DNA of 64,000 nt from Candidatus Poribacteria bacterium (GTDB lineage: Bacteria > Poribacteria > WGA-4E > PCPOR2b): contig OZ244587.1 of assembly GCA_965218095.1 (NCBI GenBank), positions 1,696,001 to 1,760,000 of the forward strand. The letters are read 5' to 3'. Both the position numbers and the translations under genes were made by a program. Under the pieces are notes generated by a model that did not search any database, was not told where the DNA came from, and saw only the letters and a program-made list of their open reading frames with translations. Of the stretch, positions 1-9,503 are shown piece after piece (the first letter of the stretch is position 1; each line of letters begins with the position of its first letter).

Positions 1-1007
1 AGCACGGAGAGACTGGTGACCGTCAGCGCGATCGGGCGTTTTCGCAAGGGGACTCGTCCTCGCTTGTCTAAAAAGGGCAAGCACAGGAGCAGGAGGATAG
101 CAAGGGTGGGAATCACAAAGGCGCCGATCACTTCAAGCGGTCCCTCGAAATATTTGAGCAATTGAAACAAAAACAGGAAATACCACTCTGGACGTGGGTC
201 GTAGCTGGCATCGGTCGGATCGGCGAGCTTTTCGAGCGGCACAGGGACAAAGATCGCCATCGCCGCGAGGATGATCAATAGCACGAGGATCGCGACGGCG
301 TCTTCAAAAAGCTGATCTGGATAAAAGGGTTTGCCCCCCTGCATTTCCTCTGGCTTATTTTGGGGCAATCCCGATGAGCCGTAATAGCGCACGAAAAACA
401 GATGAACCCCAACGAGCCCAAAGGCAAGCCAGGGTAACCAAATGGTGTGGAGGGCGTAAAATCGAGTTAAGGTGACTGCACCAACCTCTTCCCCGCCACG
501 GAGAATCTTGCCAACGAAATCCCCCACGAAAGGCACCGTACCCGCAATCTTCACACCGACTACAGTTGCCCAGTAAGCCTTTTGGTCCCAAGGTAGCAGA
601 TAGCCTGTGAAACCAAATCCCAAAACCACCAGCAGCAGAATCACCCCAACTACCCATGTCATCTCTCTTGGGGCTTTGTAGGATCCGTAAATCACGACCC
701 GCAGCAAGTGCAAAAACACGACAATCACCATCGCACTAGACCCCCAATGATGCAACCCACGCACAAAGCCGCCAAAGGGAACTTCCTTACTGATGTAGTT
801 TACAGCATCATAAGCGTGGTCGGGTGAGGGCGAATAATAAAACGCCAGAAACGCCCCGGTAACGGCTTGAAGAATCAGCAAAAAAGCTGCTATGCTCCCC
901 AAAGAAAACAGCCAGTTGATATGCTTCGGCAGCGGCTTTTTGAGATGGTTTTCCATGTCTTTCAACGGAAGTCGATCTCTCAGGAATGCGGCAATTTTGC
1001 GTTGCAT
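1..1007 (-). CDS. Cytochrome b (b6 and subunit IV-like regions in one ORF); runs off the left edge
   Basis: Manual translation from ATG at 1007: RGLHHWGSSAM, HLLRV, PREMTWVVG, GFTGYLLPWDQKAYW, TLTRFYALH, then PFYPDQ...PRPEWYFLFLFQLLK in the same frame. Confidence 0.92.
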   Translation of the reverse strand, partial: MQRKIAAFLRDRLPLKDMENHLKKPLPKHINWLFSLGSIAAFLLILQAVTGAFLAFYYSPSPDHAYDAVNYISKEVPFGGFVRGLHHWGSSAMVIVVFLHLLRVVIYGSYKAPREMTWVVGVILLLVVLGFGFTGYLLPWDQKAYWATVVGVKIAGTVPFVGDFVGKILRGGEEVGAVTLTRFYALHTIWLPWLAFGLVGVHLFFVRYYGSSGLPQNKPEEMQGGKPFYPDQLFEDAVAILVLLIILAAMAIFVPVPLEKLADPTDASYDPRPEWYFLFLFQLLKYFEGPLEVIGAFVIPTLAILLLLCLPFLDKRGRVPLRKRPIALTVTSLSV

Positions 1008-1010
1008 CTG

Positions 1011-1496
1011 TTAAGCCTCCTTGACATACACAACTCCGTCTTCCACCTTGACCGGCAGTTTCTCCAGCGGACGCGGCGGTGGTCCAGCAACGACATTCCC
1101 CGCTTTGTCAAACACGCCCCCGTGACAGGGACAGAGGAACTGACCTTTCTTTTCGTCCCAGCGGACAAGGCATCCGAGATGGGTACAGACACGCGAGAAG
1201 ACCACAAAGTTTCCATCCCCTCCATCCGTTACATAGACGGAGCGTTTTTTATTTATCTCAACCCAGCCATCTTTGGATTGAAAAGTGTAGTTGATTTTTT
1301 TATAGTGGCTATCTTTGAGCAAATCGACGATACCGAGGTCTACCCATTTTTTCGAGACTTTTTTGAGGGCTGGCGAAATCGCAAACCCGACCAGCGGCAC
1401 GCCCATCGCTAGGCTGATGAGACCACCGATGAAAGCGATGCCGGCTTTGAAGAAGGCGCGCCGTTTGGATTGTCCAACATGTGTTTCAGAAGCCAT
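1011..1496 (-). CDS. Rieske 2Fe-2S subunit of a bc-type complex
   Basis: CTHLGC and CPCHGG motifs; Tat-like KRRAFFK plus TM helix; RBS before ATG 1496 (track ORF is over-extended to 1676). Confidence 0.93.
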   Translation of the reverse strand: MASETHVGQSKRRAFFKAGIAFIGGLISLAMGVPLVGFAISPALKKVSKKWVDLGIVDLLKDSHYKKINYTFQSKDGWVEINKKRSVYVTDGGDGNFVVFSRVCTHLGCLVRWDEKKGQFLCPCHGGVFDKAGNVVAGPPPRPLEKLPVKVEDGVVYVKEA

Positions 1497-1513
1497 TTTT
1501 ACTTCCTCCGAAT

Positions 1514-1979
1514 GAGCAGGTGGGAAAGTGAGAAAGTGGGCTTTAGTCTCGCTTGGTTCGGCTGAGTAGCCACTTCTCTGGTTGATTCCCCATTGAAACC
1601 AGTTTGCCGATAATCTGATCGTACTTTCTGAATAGACGGCTGTAGCCTTCCCGGCTGATGTAGCCACATTTTTCACTATATTCGAGCCAAACCTGGGTTT
1701 CAGCCGCTTCGCCTTCCGCCTCGTTCATCTTATTGACGAAAGCGGCTTCATATTTCCGACGTCTCCAGCCCTCAGCAATCTGACCCGAGACAGACCGTGA
1801 TGAACGACGAATCTGATCGGTTAGGCTGTATCTCTCCTCTACGGGAAACGATTTCGAGAGTTCATAGATCTCCATCGCAGCTTCGACGGAAAGTTTATAG
1901 ACATCAAGTTGCCAATGATATTGAATCCTCTCGCTCATTCGCTCCTCCAATTCTCACTGTCTCACTTTCCCACTTTCTC
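1514..1979. repeat. Inverted arms made of 8-bp tandem units flanking the four-helix-bundle gene
   Basis: 1514-1540 GAGCAGGT-GGGAAAGT-GAGAAAGT-GGG versus reverse complement of 1953-1979 GAGAAAGT-GGGAAAGT-GAGACAGT-GAG (23/27 match). Confidence 0.8.
1543..1938 (-). CDS. Four helix bundle protein (23S rRNA IVS-protein / Avd-like family)
   Basis: [49 protein letters not shown] motifs; GGAGGA RBS before ATG 1938. Confidence 0.9.
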   Translation of the reverse strand: MSERIQYHWQLDVYKLSVEAAMEIYELSKSFPVEERYSLTDQIRRSSRSVSGQIAEGWRRRKYEAAFVNKMNEAEGEAAETQVWLEYSEKCGYISREGYSRLFRKYDQIIGKLVSMGNQPEKWLLSRTKRD

Positions 1980-1981
1980 CG

Positions 1982-2971
1982 TTATTGCCCTTCCTTCAGA
2001 TCTTCGTCTAGGTCGACTTCCTCTACACTAAAGCGGAGATGCACTTTGTTGACTAAATCGATGATGTCCTGCCACTGCTTTTGGGTCTTATCAGAAATCC
2101 CCTCTTTTTCGAGGGATTCTGCAAGCTCATGGAGCGCATCATGGACCTGTTTCTGCAGATAGGCGTATTCTTCCTCGTTATTCGGATTCTTTGGTGGCAC
2201 AAACACGGGGATTAACTCGGCGTACTCCCCAAGCTGTTTCGCCGCCTTAACCACGTCGGCTTTACTTTCTCCTGTTTTGAAGTATTCCCGAATGACGATG
2301 TAAGACTCGTGCATGGTGTGCATCAACGCTTTGAGGTCTTCAAACTCATCGGCGTCATCCCCGTGTCCATGACTGTGGTCGTGTGCATCTGTTTCCGCCT
2401 TTGGCTGCTCCTTCTTTTTGAGAAAGAGTGTGTAACTCATCGCGAGCATCTTTTTCGGCATGAGCGCAACCGCTTGAGAGGCTTCCTCTTGACCGGCGAC
2501 CGGTTCGACATTTTCCCCGACTTTGAATTTATCTTCAATCCTCTTGCCGATAAACTGCTTGAGGAATTTGTCGTCGCCAATGTCGGAGGCTTCTTTATGT
2601 TTATAGACCTCGACTTTGACGACCTTTCCATTCATGTCGAGTCCAACGCCGCCATCAATGACGCCATGTGGTCCTTTGACATCCACAAACAAGATAAGAC
2701 CTAGCGGTTTCTTATTGTCGTTCACTGCGACGTAAAAGGTTGGCTTGAGGTCTTCAGAACGCAGCTTGGTTCCGATCTCTCTTTCGATCGATGCGACTTG
2801 ATCTGCTGTTAAGACAGCTTTTTTTTCAACAAATTCCTTTGCCTTCGGAAAAATGGAAGCTAATTTTTTGCCGGGCCAGGTTTTCTCTTGCGCCCATGTG
2901 ACGGTTACTGGTAAGACAGTTAGTATGCTTAAAAGAGCGATTAGGCAAAGTGCAACTGCTTTGGATTTCAT
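1982..2971 (-). CDS. Exported FMN-binding-domain (RnfG/NosR-like) protein with His-rich linker and helical C-terminal domain
   Basis: Signal peptide; VKGPHGVI..GVGLDMNGKVVKVEVY..E....FLKQFIGK pattern; HDHSHGHG linker. Confidence 0.65.
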   Translation of the reverse strand: MKSKAVALCLIALLSILTVLPVTVTWAQEKTWPGKKLASIFPKAKEFVEKKAVLTADQVASIEREIGTKLRSEDLKPTFYVAVNDNKKPLGLILFVDVKGPHGVIDGGVGLDMNGKVVKVEVYKHKEASDIGDDKFLKQFIGKRIEDKFKVGENVEPVAGQEEASQAVALMPKKMLAMSYTLFLKKKEQPKAETDAHDHSHGHGDDADEFEDLKALMHTMHESYIVIREYFKTGESKADVVKAAKQLGEYAELIPVFVPPKNPNNEEEYAYLQKQVHDALHELAESLEKEGISDKTQKQWQDIIDLVNKVHLRFSVEEVDLDEDLKEGQ

Positions 2972-3023
2972 CGGTTTTTCCTTCCTTAAATGATTGAAAA
3001 TTGATTTGCTCCCAACTATTCTA

Positions 3024-3956
3024 ACCCAAGTTGCGACCTATTCATCGAATATGTGAGTGAACTGAATATGTGAGTGAACTCAGAGCTGATTGATACTGCT
3101 AGCCAATACAAACAAGACCACTTTCAATTCAAATCCGTGTTGCGTTACTGCATGGATTGAACGTGGAAGCAGTTTGTTAATCAAACTGCCAGCCGTCTCA
3201 ACAGACTTACGATGGTAATTAGCCAAGTAGGTCTCCCATGGTGGATACAGCCGCTTGGAATTCTTCTTGCGTACTGGCTTTAACGACTGATGTAACAATA
3301 TCTTCTATCTCATAATTATTGTATGCTTTGTCACCATAGCCCGGTGGCAAGTCGAAGTCAAACCACTGTAACCCTTCAACGTCCCCTGTACTGGCTGGGG
3401 TCACAAAAAATTCAACAGGGTGTCGACTCGCAGTCACTAGCAGATGAACTTTCAAGCCATAGAAATACCGACGTTTGGACGCTTGATAGCCTCGATATGC
3501 CTTATCGGTATAGATTTTTGACCGACGAATGCGGAACAAACAGCAATTGGTATGGTATCCAGTGCATAGATTTTCTGTTGATTAAGTTGCACATAGCTTC
3601 GTCCCAAGATTTTGAACAATGTGGTGAACATCGGTTTAATTCGATGAAGTCGTCGGTTTAATCGACTTTTTGAAAGCATCTTGGGTATATAGCCATGAGT
3701 CTTTAGAAAGTCACAAGTGGTTTGCAAGTTTGCCCCGAAGAACAACGCAGCGACGATGCCGGTGGTCATCACTTCGGCATCAGACATCTGCGTTTGTGGG
3801 TGTGGTTTTGAGTTGAGTGCTTCTAAGAGCTTGTCACAGAGATAGAAAATGGTTACAATTTGGATGTCCATGGGTTTCTCCTTTGAGGTATTATGGTTTG
3901 GATTACCTCTACTTTAACGGAAAACCCATGGATTTTCAATTACTAGCAACTTGGGT
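3024..3956 (-). mobile_element. IS982-family element, transposase frameshifted (copy 1)
   Basis: TIRs ACCCAAGTTGC; 7-bp target duplication TATTCTA (3017-3023, 3957-3963); fragments MSDAEVMT, YFYGLKVHLL, GDKAY, RKSVET in three frames. Confidence 0.9.
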
Positions 3957-4016
3957 TATTCTAGCAATTTCACCTTTATTTTTCAACCACATTCCCTAAA
4001 CCTCATCATGAGCACT

Positions 4017-5342
4017 TTATCCCAGATCGCGGCGAAGTTCCGCTTCCGATGCCAAGTCCGCGACCGTCCCCGGCGGATGCTTATACCAGCCGGGGTCGTC
4101 ATAACTGGTGAGATTTTCGCGGATTTTGACGATGGTAAACATCCCGCCCATCGTAATGTAGTCAAACGGACCGTATGCCCCGACCATGGGAATGCTGTTT
4201 TTCGGCACAGCCATGTGCCCCGATTCGACGTGAATCCCATGTTCACCCATGCCGTGCTCGCCCATCGTCATATACGCAGGCAGAAGTTGGCGGATTTTCT
4301 GGTCAATGTTGCCCTTTTTGATGCCGACCACGTTTAAAAATTCGTGCCCCATCTGGTTCATGACATGATGCGTCATGTGGCAGTGCATCGCCCAATCCCC
4401 CGGATCGCTGGCAACGAACTCAACATCGCGGGTTGTCCCCACCGGAACGAGAACTGTTGTTTCTGGCCATTGTCCTGAAGTCGGGATTCGCCCACCTTCT
4501 GTAGCGGTGATTTTGAAGTAGTGCCCGTGCAGGTGAATCGGGTGATGGTCCATCGCCGAAAGATTGCCGAAGCGAATCCGCACCCGGTCGCCCAGTTTGG
4601 CGACCAGCGGCTCGGTTCCGGGGTAACACTTCGCGTTCATGGTTAGGATATTGAAATCGTTCATCTCGTTAGGGTTTGGCGTGGACGTCCCCGGATCGAT
4701 CCGCCACTCGCTTAACATGATGGCAAAGTCCCGATCTACTTGGTAATGGGGGTCAGGTTTTCTGGGGTGGAAAACCATCATGCCGAGCATCCCCATCGCC
4801 ATCTGGGTCATCTCGTCGTGGTGGGAATGGTACATATACGTGCCTGATTGTCGAATTGTCCACTCGTATTTGAAGGTCTCCCCCGGCTGGATAGCTCGCT
4901 GGGTCAACCCACCCACACCGTCCATCCCATTCGGTAGAAAGACGCCGTGCCAGTGAACAGCGGTTGGTGCCTTGAGCCGGTTGGTCACATAGATGCGGAC
5001 GCGATCGCCTTCCACGGCTTCAATGGTCGGTCCGTGCACCTGCTCGTTGTAACCCCAGCACTTCGCTTTCAGACCAGGGGCAAATTCATGCCAGACTTCT
5101 TCAGCGATAAGGTGAAAGACTTTTACCCCATCAACAATCTTCCACGGTAGCGGTGCACCGTTCGGTGTGACGACCGGCGTGTAGTCTTTATCAGGGATAC
5201 CCGGGTCCATCGCCGGACGATTTGAATTGCCTGCGTAGGATTTCTGCCATTGGGATTGGGCGGCTTCTACACCTCCCGAAGCCCCGAAAGCGAAAGCCCC
5301 GCCAACGAGAGCACTCGTTTTCAAAAGATCCCTTCGGTTCAT
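4017..5342 (-). CDS. Tat-exported multicopper oxidase (copper resistance type)
   Basis: MNRRDLLK Tat signal; HWHG, YHSH, HPIHLHGH, HCHMTHH copper motifs; Met/His-rich tail. Confidence 0.93.
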   Translation of the reverse strand: MNRRDLLKTSALVGGAFAFGASGGVEAAQSQWQKSYAGNSNRPAMDPGIPDKDYTPVVTPNGAPLPWKIVDGVKVFHLIAEEVWHEFAPGLKAKCWGYNEQVHGPTIEAVEGDRVRIYVTNRLKAPTAVHWHGVFLPNGMDGVGGLTQRAIQPGETFKYEWTIRQSGTYMYHSHHDEMTQMAMGMLGMMVFHPRKPDPHYQVDRDFAIMLSEWRIDPGTSTPNPNEMNDFNILTMNAKCYPGTEPLVAKLGDRVRIRFGNLSAMDHHPIHLHGHYFKITATEGGRIPTSGQWPETTVLVPVGTTRDVEFVASDPGDWAMHCHMTHHVMNQMGHEFLNVVGIKKGNIDQKIRQLLPAYMTMGEHGMGEHGIHVESGHMAVPKNSIPMVGAYGPFDYITMGGMFTIVKIRENLTSYDDPGWYKHPPGTVADLASEAELRRDLG

Positions 5343-5343
5343 C

Positions 5344-6801
5344 TCAATGTCCTCCTTCCTGGTTTGTCAATGACAGTTCAGCCATGCGGTGAAGCCGGTA
5401 GGGTCGAAAAGTGAATCCCACTAGCCGACCGTTGAGAATCTGTTCCAGTTCCGCTCGTGCGACATGATAATTGTAGAGCGACTGGATATATTCCCGACCG
5501 GCGTCAATCTCGCGCTGTTTTGCGAGTAACAGGCGTAACGCACCGACCTGCATTGCATTGTACTGTAGTTGGACCTGTTCGAGAATCTTCTCTTGGAGTG
5601 GAAGTATTTCATTCTGATAAGACAGTGCGGTCTGTCGAGCGGTCAATAGGCGACGTCGCGCGGCGCGAACCGCGGAGCGGATCTCAACCGCCAGTGCGTG
5701 GTATTCACCCTGCTGTCGGCGTAACTCTGCCGCTGCCGCCGCTCGCTGCCCCTGATTTCGATCGAAAAGTGGAATCTCAAACCCCAGTGCGGGTCCCGCT
5801 GCCCACGCTCCTGCTTCCTGCTCAATCTCCCCACCGATTTCCAAATTCGGCACGAGAGACATCGCTTTTGCCACGCCGAGTTGTTTCCCGATGGAAACGA
5901 TGCCCCGCCGTGCAATGGCAAGGTTGATGCTGTTTTCAATCGCCCGCTTTTCGAGGTTGTCGAGTCCTATTGCTTCAGCAGGAATGTCGCGGAGTCGAGA
6001 TTCGACTCTCCACGCCGTATCCTCTCCCCACAACCCCATCAAAGCGTTGAGTTGCTCACGGTTTTCAGCAAGCGTGACCTCCGCAGCAGCGAGTTCTAAC
6101 TTCGATCGCTCATAGGACGTTTTTTGAAGCAGTAGGTCTAGCTCCGGGACATTCCCCGCTTCGACAAGCTGTTGGGCGAACTCGTAACCCGCCTGCGTTG
6201 CCAAGACGATCTGCTGGAACATTTCCAACATCTGCTCATCAGCTTGAACGCGGTAGAATGCCATTCGCGTTTCCCCTGCCAAATCCACCACGGCAGCCGT
6301 CATGCGCAGTTTCGCTGCCTCGAACTGGGATTTCGCTACCGATTTGCGCATCGGCGCGTACAGCATGGAGAGGAAATCCATTTCGACTTCAAAGGTGTAC
6401 GTGCTGTTGTCACGGAGTTTGTCCACCATCTCCTCGTCGGAATCAGAGGGGCCGAAGGTCGTTGCGCCGTGAAAAACCGGATTCGAGAACAAGCCAGCGT
6501 CAACAATGGCAGCGTGGGCAATCCCCAATTCCTCATAGGTCGCTTGCAGACGATGGTTATTCAACAGCGCAATTTGAACGGCAGCATCGACGGTCAGCGG
6601 CTTATCCAACAATTCTCTAATTGCCTGAGCCGCTTCATCATCCGCAGCCGTGTCCGCATTCCAGTGAATACGGTAGCCAATACGGTCATCCACCTGCCGC
6701 TGGACTTCGCTGAAACCCGTTTTTTTCGACACACCGGCGCAACCGATCAGGACGAATGACGCCGCGAAGAACAACACGGCGCATCTCATTTTTTCGTTCA
6801 T
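5344..6801 (-). CDS. TolC-family outer-membrane lipoprotein of a copper resistance operon
   Basis: Lipobox LIGC; PLTVDAAVQIALLNN, IPLFDRNQG, coiled coils; adjacent to the multicopper oxidase. Confidence 0.88.
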   Translation of the reverse strand: MNEKMRCAVLFFAASFVLIGCAGVSKKTGFSEVQRQVDDRIGYRIHWNADTAADDEAAQAIRELLDKPLTVDAAVQIALLNNHRLQATYEELGIAHAAIVDAGLFSNPVFHGATTFGPSDSDEEMVDKLRDNSTYTFEVEMDFLSMLYAPMRKSVAKSQFEAAKLRMTAAVVDLAGETRMAFYRVQADEQMLEMFQQIVLATQAGYEFAQQLVEAGNVPELDLLLQKTSYERSKLELAAAEVTLAENREQLNALMGLWGEDTAWRVESRLRDIPAEAIGLDNLEKRAIENSINLAIARRGIVSIGKQLGVAKAMSLVPNLEIGGEIEQEAGAWAAGPALGFEIPLFDRNQGQRAAAAAELRRQQGEYHALAVEIRSAVRAARRRLLTARQTALSYQNEILPLQEKILEQVQLQYNAMQVGALRLLLAKQREIDAGREYIQSLYNYHVARAELEQILNGRLVGFTFRPYRLHRMAELSLTNQEGGH

Positions 6802-6822
6802 CTAGTAAACTCCTCGTCTGTT

Positions 6823-7707
6823 TTAATAGTTATGTTCGTGTGCATCGTGTCCATGAGGGTCTTCCGATTCATCCTCGTGATGCTCCATCTCCTCGTGCTC
6901 CTGTGTTTTGTGCATGTCATGATGGTGATGCTCGTGTCCACCTTTTTCCTGCTTATGCTCGTGAGACTTCATGTCCTCGTGTCCAGACATATCGGTGCTT
7001 GAGACGGGCATCTGCATTTTCGCGCTGTGGCACTTGAGCATCGCGCTTCCGAAATACGGGTTGCGGACGTCCTCGCCGACTTGCAGCCAGATACCCCCTT
7101 GCGGGACATCGGACGCCATACCGCACACGTAGCTGTAGACCGGACTCTCGTAACTTGCTGGCACACTGACAGCGGCAACGAAGTGATTGAGGACATCGCT
7201 CAACGAACCGTAGGCGACACGCGCAGCTTTGATGTCCGAGAGATCGCCGACTTCATGTCCATGGTCATGGATGGCCTCGGTATGGGCTTCGTAAGAATGC
7301 CACAACTCGGCGGGCACTTCGTGTTCAAGCGTATGGAGGGCTTCGAGCATCGCGTGCGCCTGCGCGTTGACATCTTCCATCGTGTCGGAAGCGAGTTGGT
7401 CGCCGATGACGAAATAGGCGTCTAGCATCATCGCCAGCGCTTCTTCGCCTTCCTCCGACAACGACGCAGCCCTGTGATGCGCTGCGACGCCTTCTTCAGT
7501 CATCGCCATCTCTTCCTTTAGCGTGTCTGGTGGAATTCCAAAGACAGTCTGCGGCGCACCAGGATGCGCCGGATGGTCCTGTGGAGTAGCAACTTCGACT
7601 GTTTTGCCGCCGCATCCAACGACAAGCGACGATACAATGATGAGTCCAAGGATAAGTGTAGATACGGTTCGTTTATGGAAGTTGAAAACCCTGGATAACA
7701 TGAGCAT
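6823..7707 (-). CDS. DUF3347-domain lipoprotein with His-rich C-terminal tail (metal chaperone-like)
   Basis: VVGC lipobox; YVCGMA...GIWLQ....VRNPYFGSAMLKC signature; HEHHHHDMH tail; GGAGG RBS before ATG 7707. Confidence 0.8.
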   Translation of the reverse strand: MLMLSRVFNFHKRTVSTLILGLIIVSSLVVGCGGKTVEVATPQDHPAHPGAPQTVFGIPPDTLKEEMAMTEEGVAAHHRAASLSEEGEEALAMMLDAYFVIGDQLASDTMEDVNAQAHAMLEALHTLEHEVPAELWHSYEAHTEAIHDHGHEVGDLSDIKAARVAYGSLSDVLNHFVAAVSVPASYESPVYSYVCGMASDVPQGGIWLQVGEDVRNPYFGSAMLKCHSAKMQMPVSSTDMSGHEDMKSHEHKQEKGGHEHHHHDMHKTQEHEEMEHHEDESEDPHGHDAHEHNY

Positions 7708-7832
7708 AGCCTCCGTTTTGGGTAAAAAATGATCAAAGATAGGTTTTGGGCGTTTCAACATAGACGCGCAGAAACGCCGATCGATCAATAGATTTTGAGT
7801 CTTTCAGATTTGGGAAAGCGTGGAGGAGAAAA

Positions 7833-8300
7833 TCAGGTGAAAGGAAACGGAGGGGCGCGGGGGGAAATCTGCTGAGTAGGAGAATCTTTGTAGGGTTTGT
7901 AGGCGAATTGAAGATAGGAAGTGAAAGAAACGGAGTCGGAAGAAATCTTAGGAATTGCAGGGATTAGCGCAACAAATGAGAACTTGCCTTTTTGTATTTG
8001 TGAGACGAGCTGAGGTTCGCTGGCTCCGAGCAATTCCCACCGGTTTAAGCAACAATTGTCGTCTCCATCGTTTTGGCTTTCGTGGGGGCGGGCTGGTTGA
8101 TTTTCAGCATGACAGCAAGTTGGATTGTCTGTTTCAGCGGTGGTTTGTGACAAGGTCAGAGACTGCCGATAGATCGAGGCTTTATCGGATTCGGCGTCTC
8201 CACAGTCTGCTTCTCGGAGTGCTGGACATAGCACCGGGCAAAGAAAATAAACTGAAGATATCGAGAGTAAAACCAGCGCGTAAACGTCCTTGAATTTCAT
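7833..8300 (-). CDS. Cys-rich leader protein with C-terminal RAPP motif (DUF2946/CutF-like putative arrest peptide)
   Basis: N-terminal hydrophobic segment, CPVLC, two CC pairs, ends ISPRAPPFPFT; first gene of the copper operon. Confidence 0.75.
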   Translation of the reverse strand: MKFKDVYALVLLSISSVYFLCPVLCPALREADCGDAESDKASIYRQSLTLSQTTAETDNPTCCHAENQPARPHESQNDGDDNCCLNRWELLGASEPQLVSQIQKGKFSFVALIPAIPKISSDSVSFTSYLQFAYKPYKDSPTQQISPRAPPFPFT

Positions 8301-8386
8301 CAAATTACCGCCTCCCATGCAATAATACTTCTACGCAATAATAATAATTATACCCGGCTTTGCGTATGGAAGTCAAATTTTTCGCC

Positions 8387-8555
8387 AGGGGCATTTAATT
8401 CTCGGCTTTGACCTCTCCCCCGGCCCCTCCCCCCGATTTCTCGGGCAGAGGGGAGCAAAGGCCTCCCGAAAACACCGTCTGGCGCGAGATTTGTCTTCCC
8501 TTCTTTGCAGCGGAGAGGGGGTGAGGAGATGAGGTTCGGAGAATTAAACGACCCT
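8387..8555. repeat. Palindromic MITE/REP-like element
   Basis: Ends AGGGGCATTTAATTCTC / GAGAATTAAACGACCCT; internal CCTCTCCCC...GGAGAGGGG hairpins; flanked by AAATTTT(T)CGC direct repeats. Confidence 0.65.
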
Positions 8556-8595
8556 AAATTTTCGCTCAGAAAAAACTTCCAAACTCTTGCAGAGA

Positions 8596-8955
8596 CTAAC
8601 CCATAACCGCCTCTTCCTGTTCAACCGCAATCGAGAACCACCTATACAGCGCCGGAATCACTAACAACGTCAAAATGGTTGATGTGACCAAACCACCGAT
8701 CACCACCGTTGCCAAAGGACGTTGTACCTCGCTGCCAGTACCATGGGACAAGACAATGGGGACGAGCCTAAGCCCAGCCGCGGATGCTGTTATCAGCACG
8801 GGACGTAGCCTCAAGCAGGCGCTGCGAATACATGCGTCGGTCATGGGAATTCCCTCCTGTAGGAGCTGGTTGAGGCAGGTCACCAAAACCATGCCATTGG
8901 CGAGAGCAATCCCGAAGAGCGCAATGAAGCCTATCGATGCCGGGACAGACAGGTT
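8596..8955 (-). pseudogene. C-terminal remnant of a CusA/CzcA heavy-metal RND transporter
   Basis: LRLRPVLITA, GSEVQRPLATVVIGGLVTSTILTLLVIPALY; only the last TM helices are present. Confidence 0.85.
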
Positions 8956-9045
8956 TTGCCAACTCTTTGAGAGACCCGGAAGCTAAGATAAATCGTTTGA
9001 TGAAGTGAAGATCTCCTTCGCTCAACGCAGACAGCCACTTCGGGA
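8956..9045 (-). pseudogene. DUF2089-like fragment
   Basis: PKWLSALSEGDLHFIKRFILASGSLKELAK, truncated and abutting the czcA remnant. Confidence 0.55.
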
Positions 9046-9139
9046 TTTGCGCTTCGCTTACAACCGGGGAGATTGTTTCGGAGGAGTTCGATTTCACAGT
9101 AACACCCAACGCCCTTGCAAACGCAGTTCTGCCAGTAAG

Positions 9140-9455
9140 GCTTGATGGGGTTGGCACGCCGAAGCAGACCCTTCTGTTGCAGAACTATCTCAACCCGTTC
9201 AACCCTGAAACGTGGATTCCGTATCACCTTTCGGAAGCTGCTCCTGTAACCCTATCAATTTACGACACGACCGGACAACGGATACGGACGCTTTCGCTTG
9301 GATTCCAGTTAGCAGGCTTCTATCAAAGCCGTCCACGCGCTGCCTATTGGGATGGGTGCAACGACTTGGGTGAACGGGTTTCAAGCGGGGTCTATTTTTA
9401 CCAATTGTCCACCCCATCTTTCTATCGGATGAAGCGGATGGTTATTGTGAAGTAG
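9140..9455 (+). pseudogene. Orphan C-terminal sorting (FlgD-Ig/T9SS-like) domain
   Basis: PKQTLLLQNYLNPFNPETWIPYHL...AAYWDG.N..GERVSSGVYFYQL...RMVIVK, with no upstream passenger domain. Confidence 0.75.
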
Positions 9456-9503
9456 CCTTGGGTTGGTTGTTGCAACAATCGTCAATTGAAAGGCGGAATG
9501 ACA

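Noticed and set aside
355-657. 100-aa ORF in the track
   Set aside because: Alternative frame of the cytochrome b gene, which the track missed because it runs off the edge
1543-1938. Diversity-generating retroelement suggested by the Avd-like gene
   Set aside because: No reverse transcriptase and no TR/VR repeat pair was seen in the window
3047-3080. Possible CRISPR-like repeat GAATATGTGAGTGAACT
   Set aside because: Only two adjacent copies without spacers; part of IS982 in both copies
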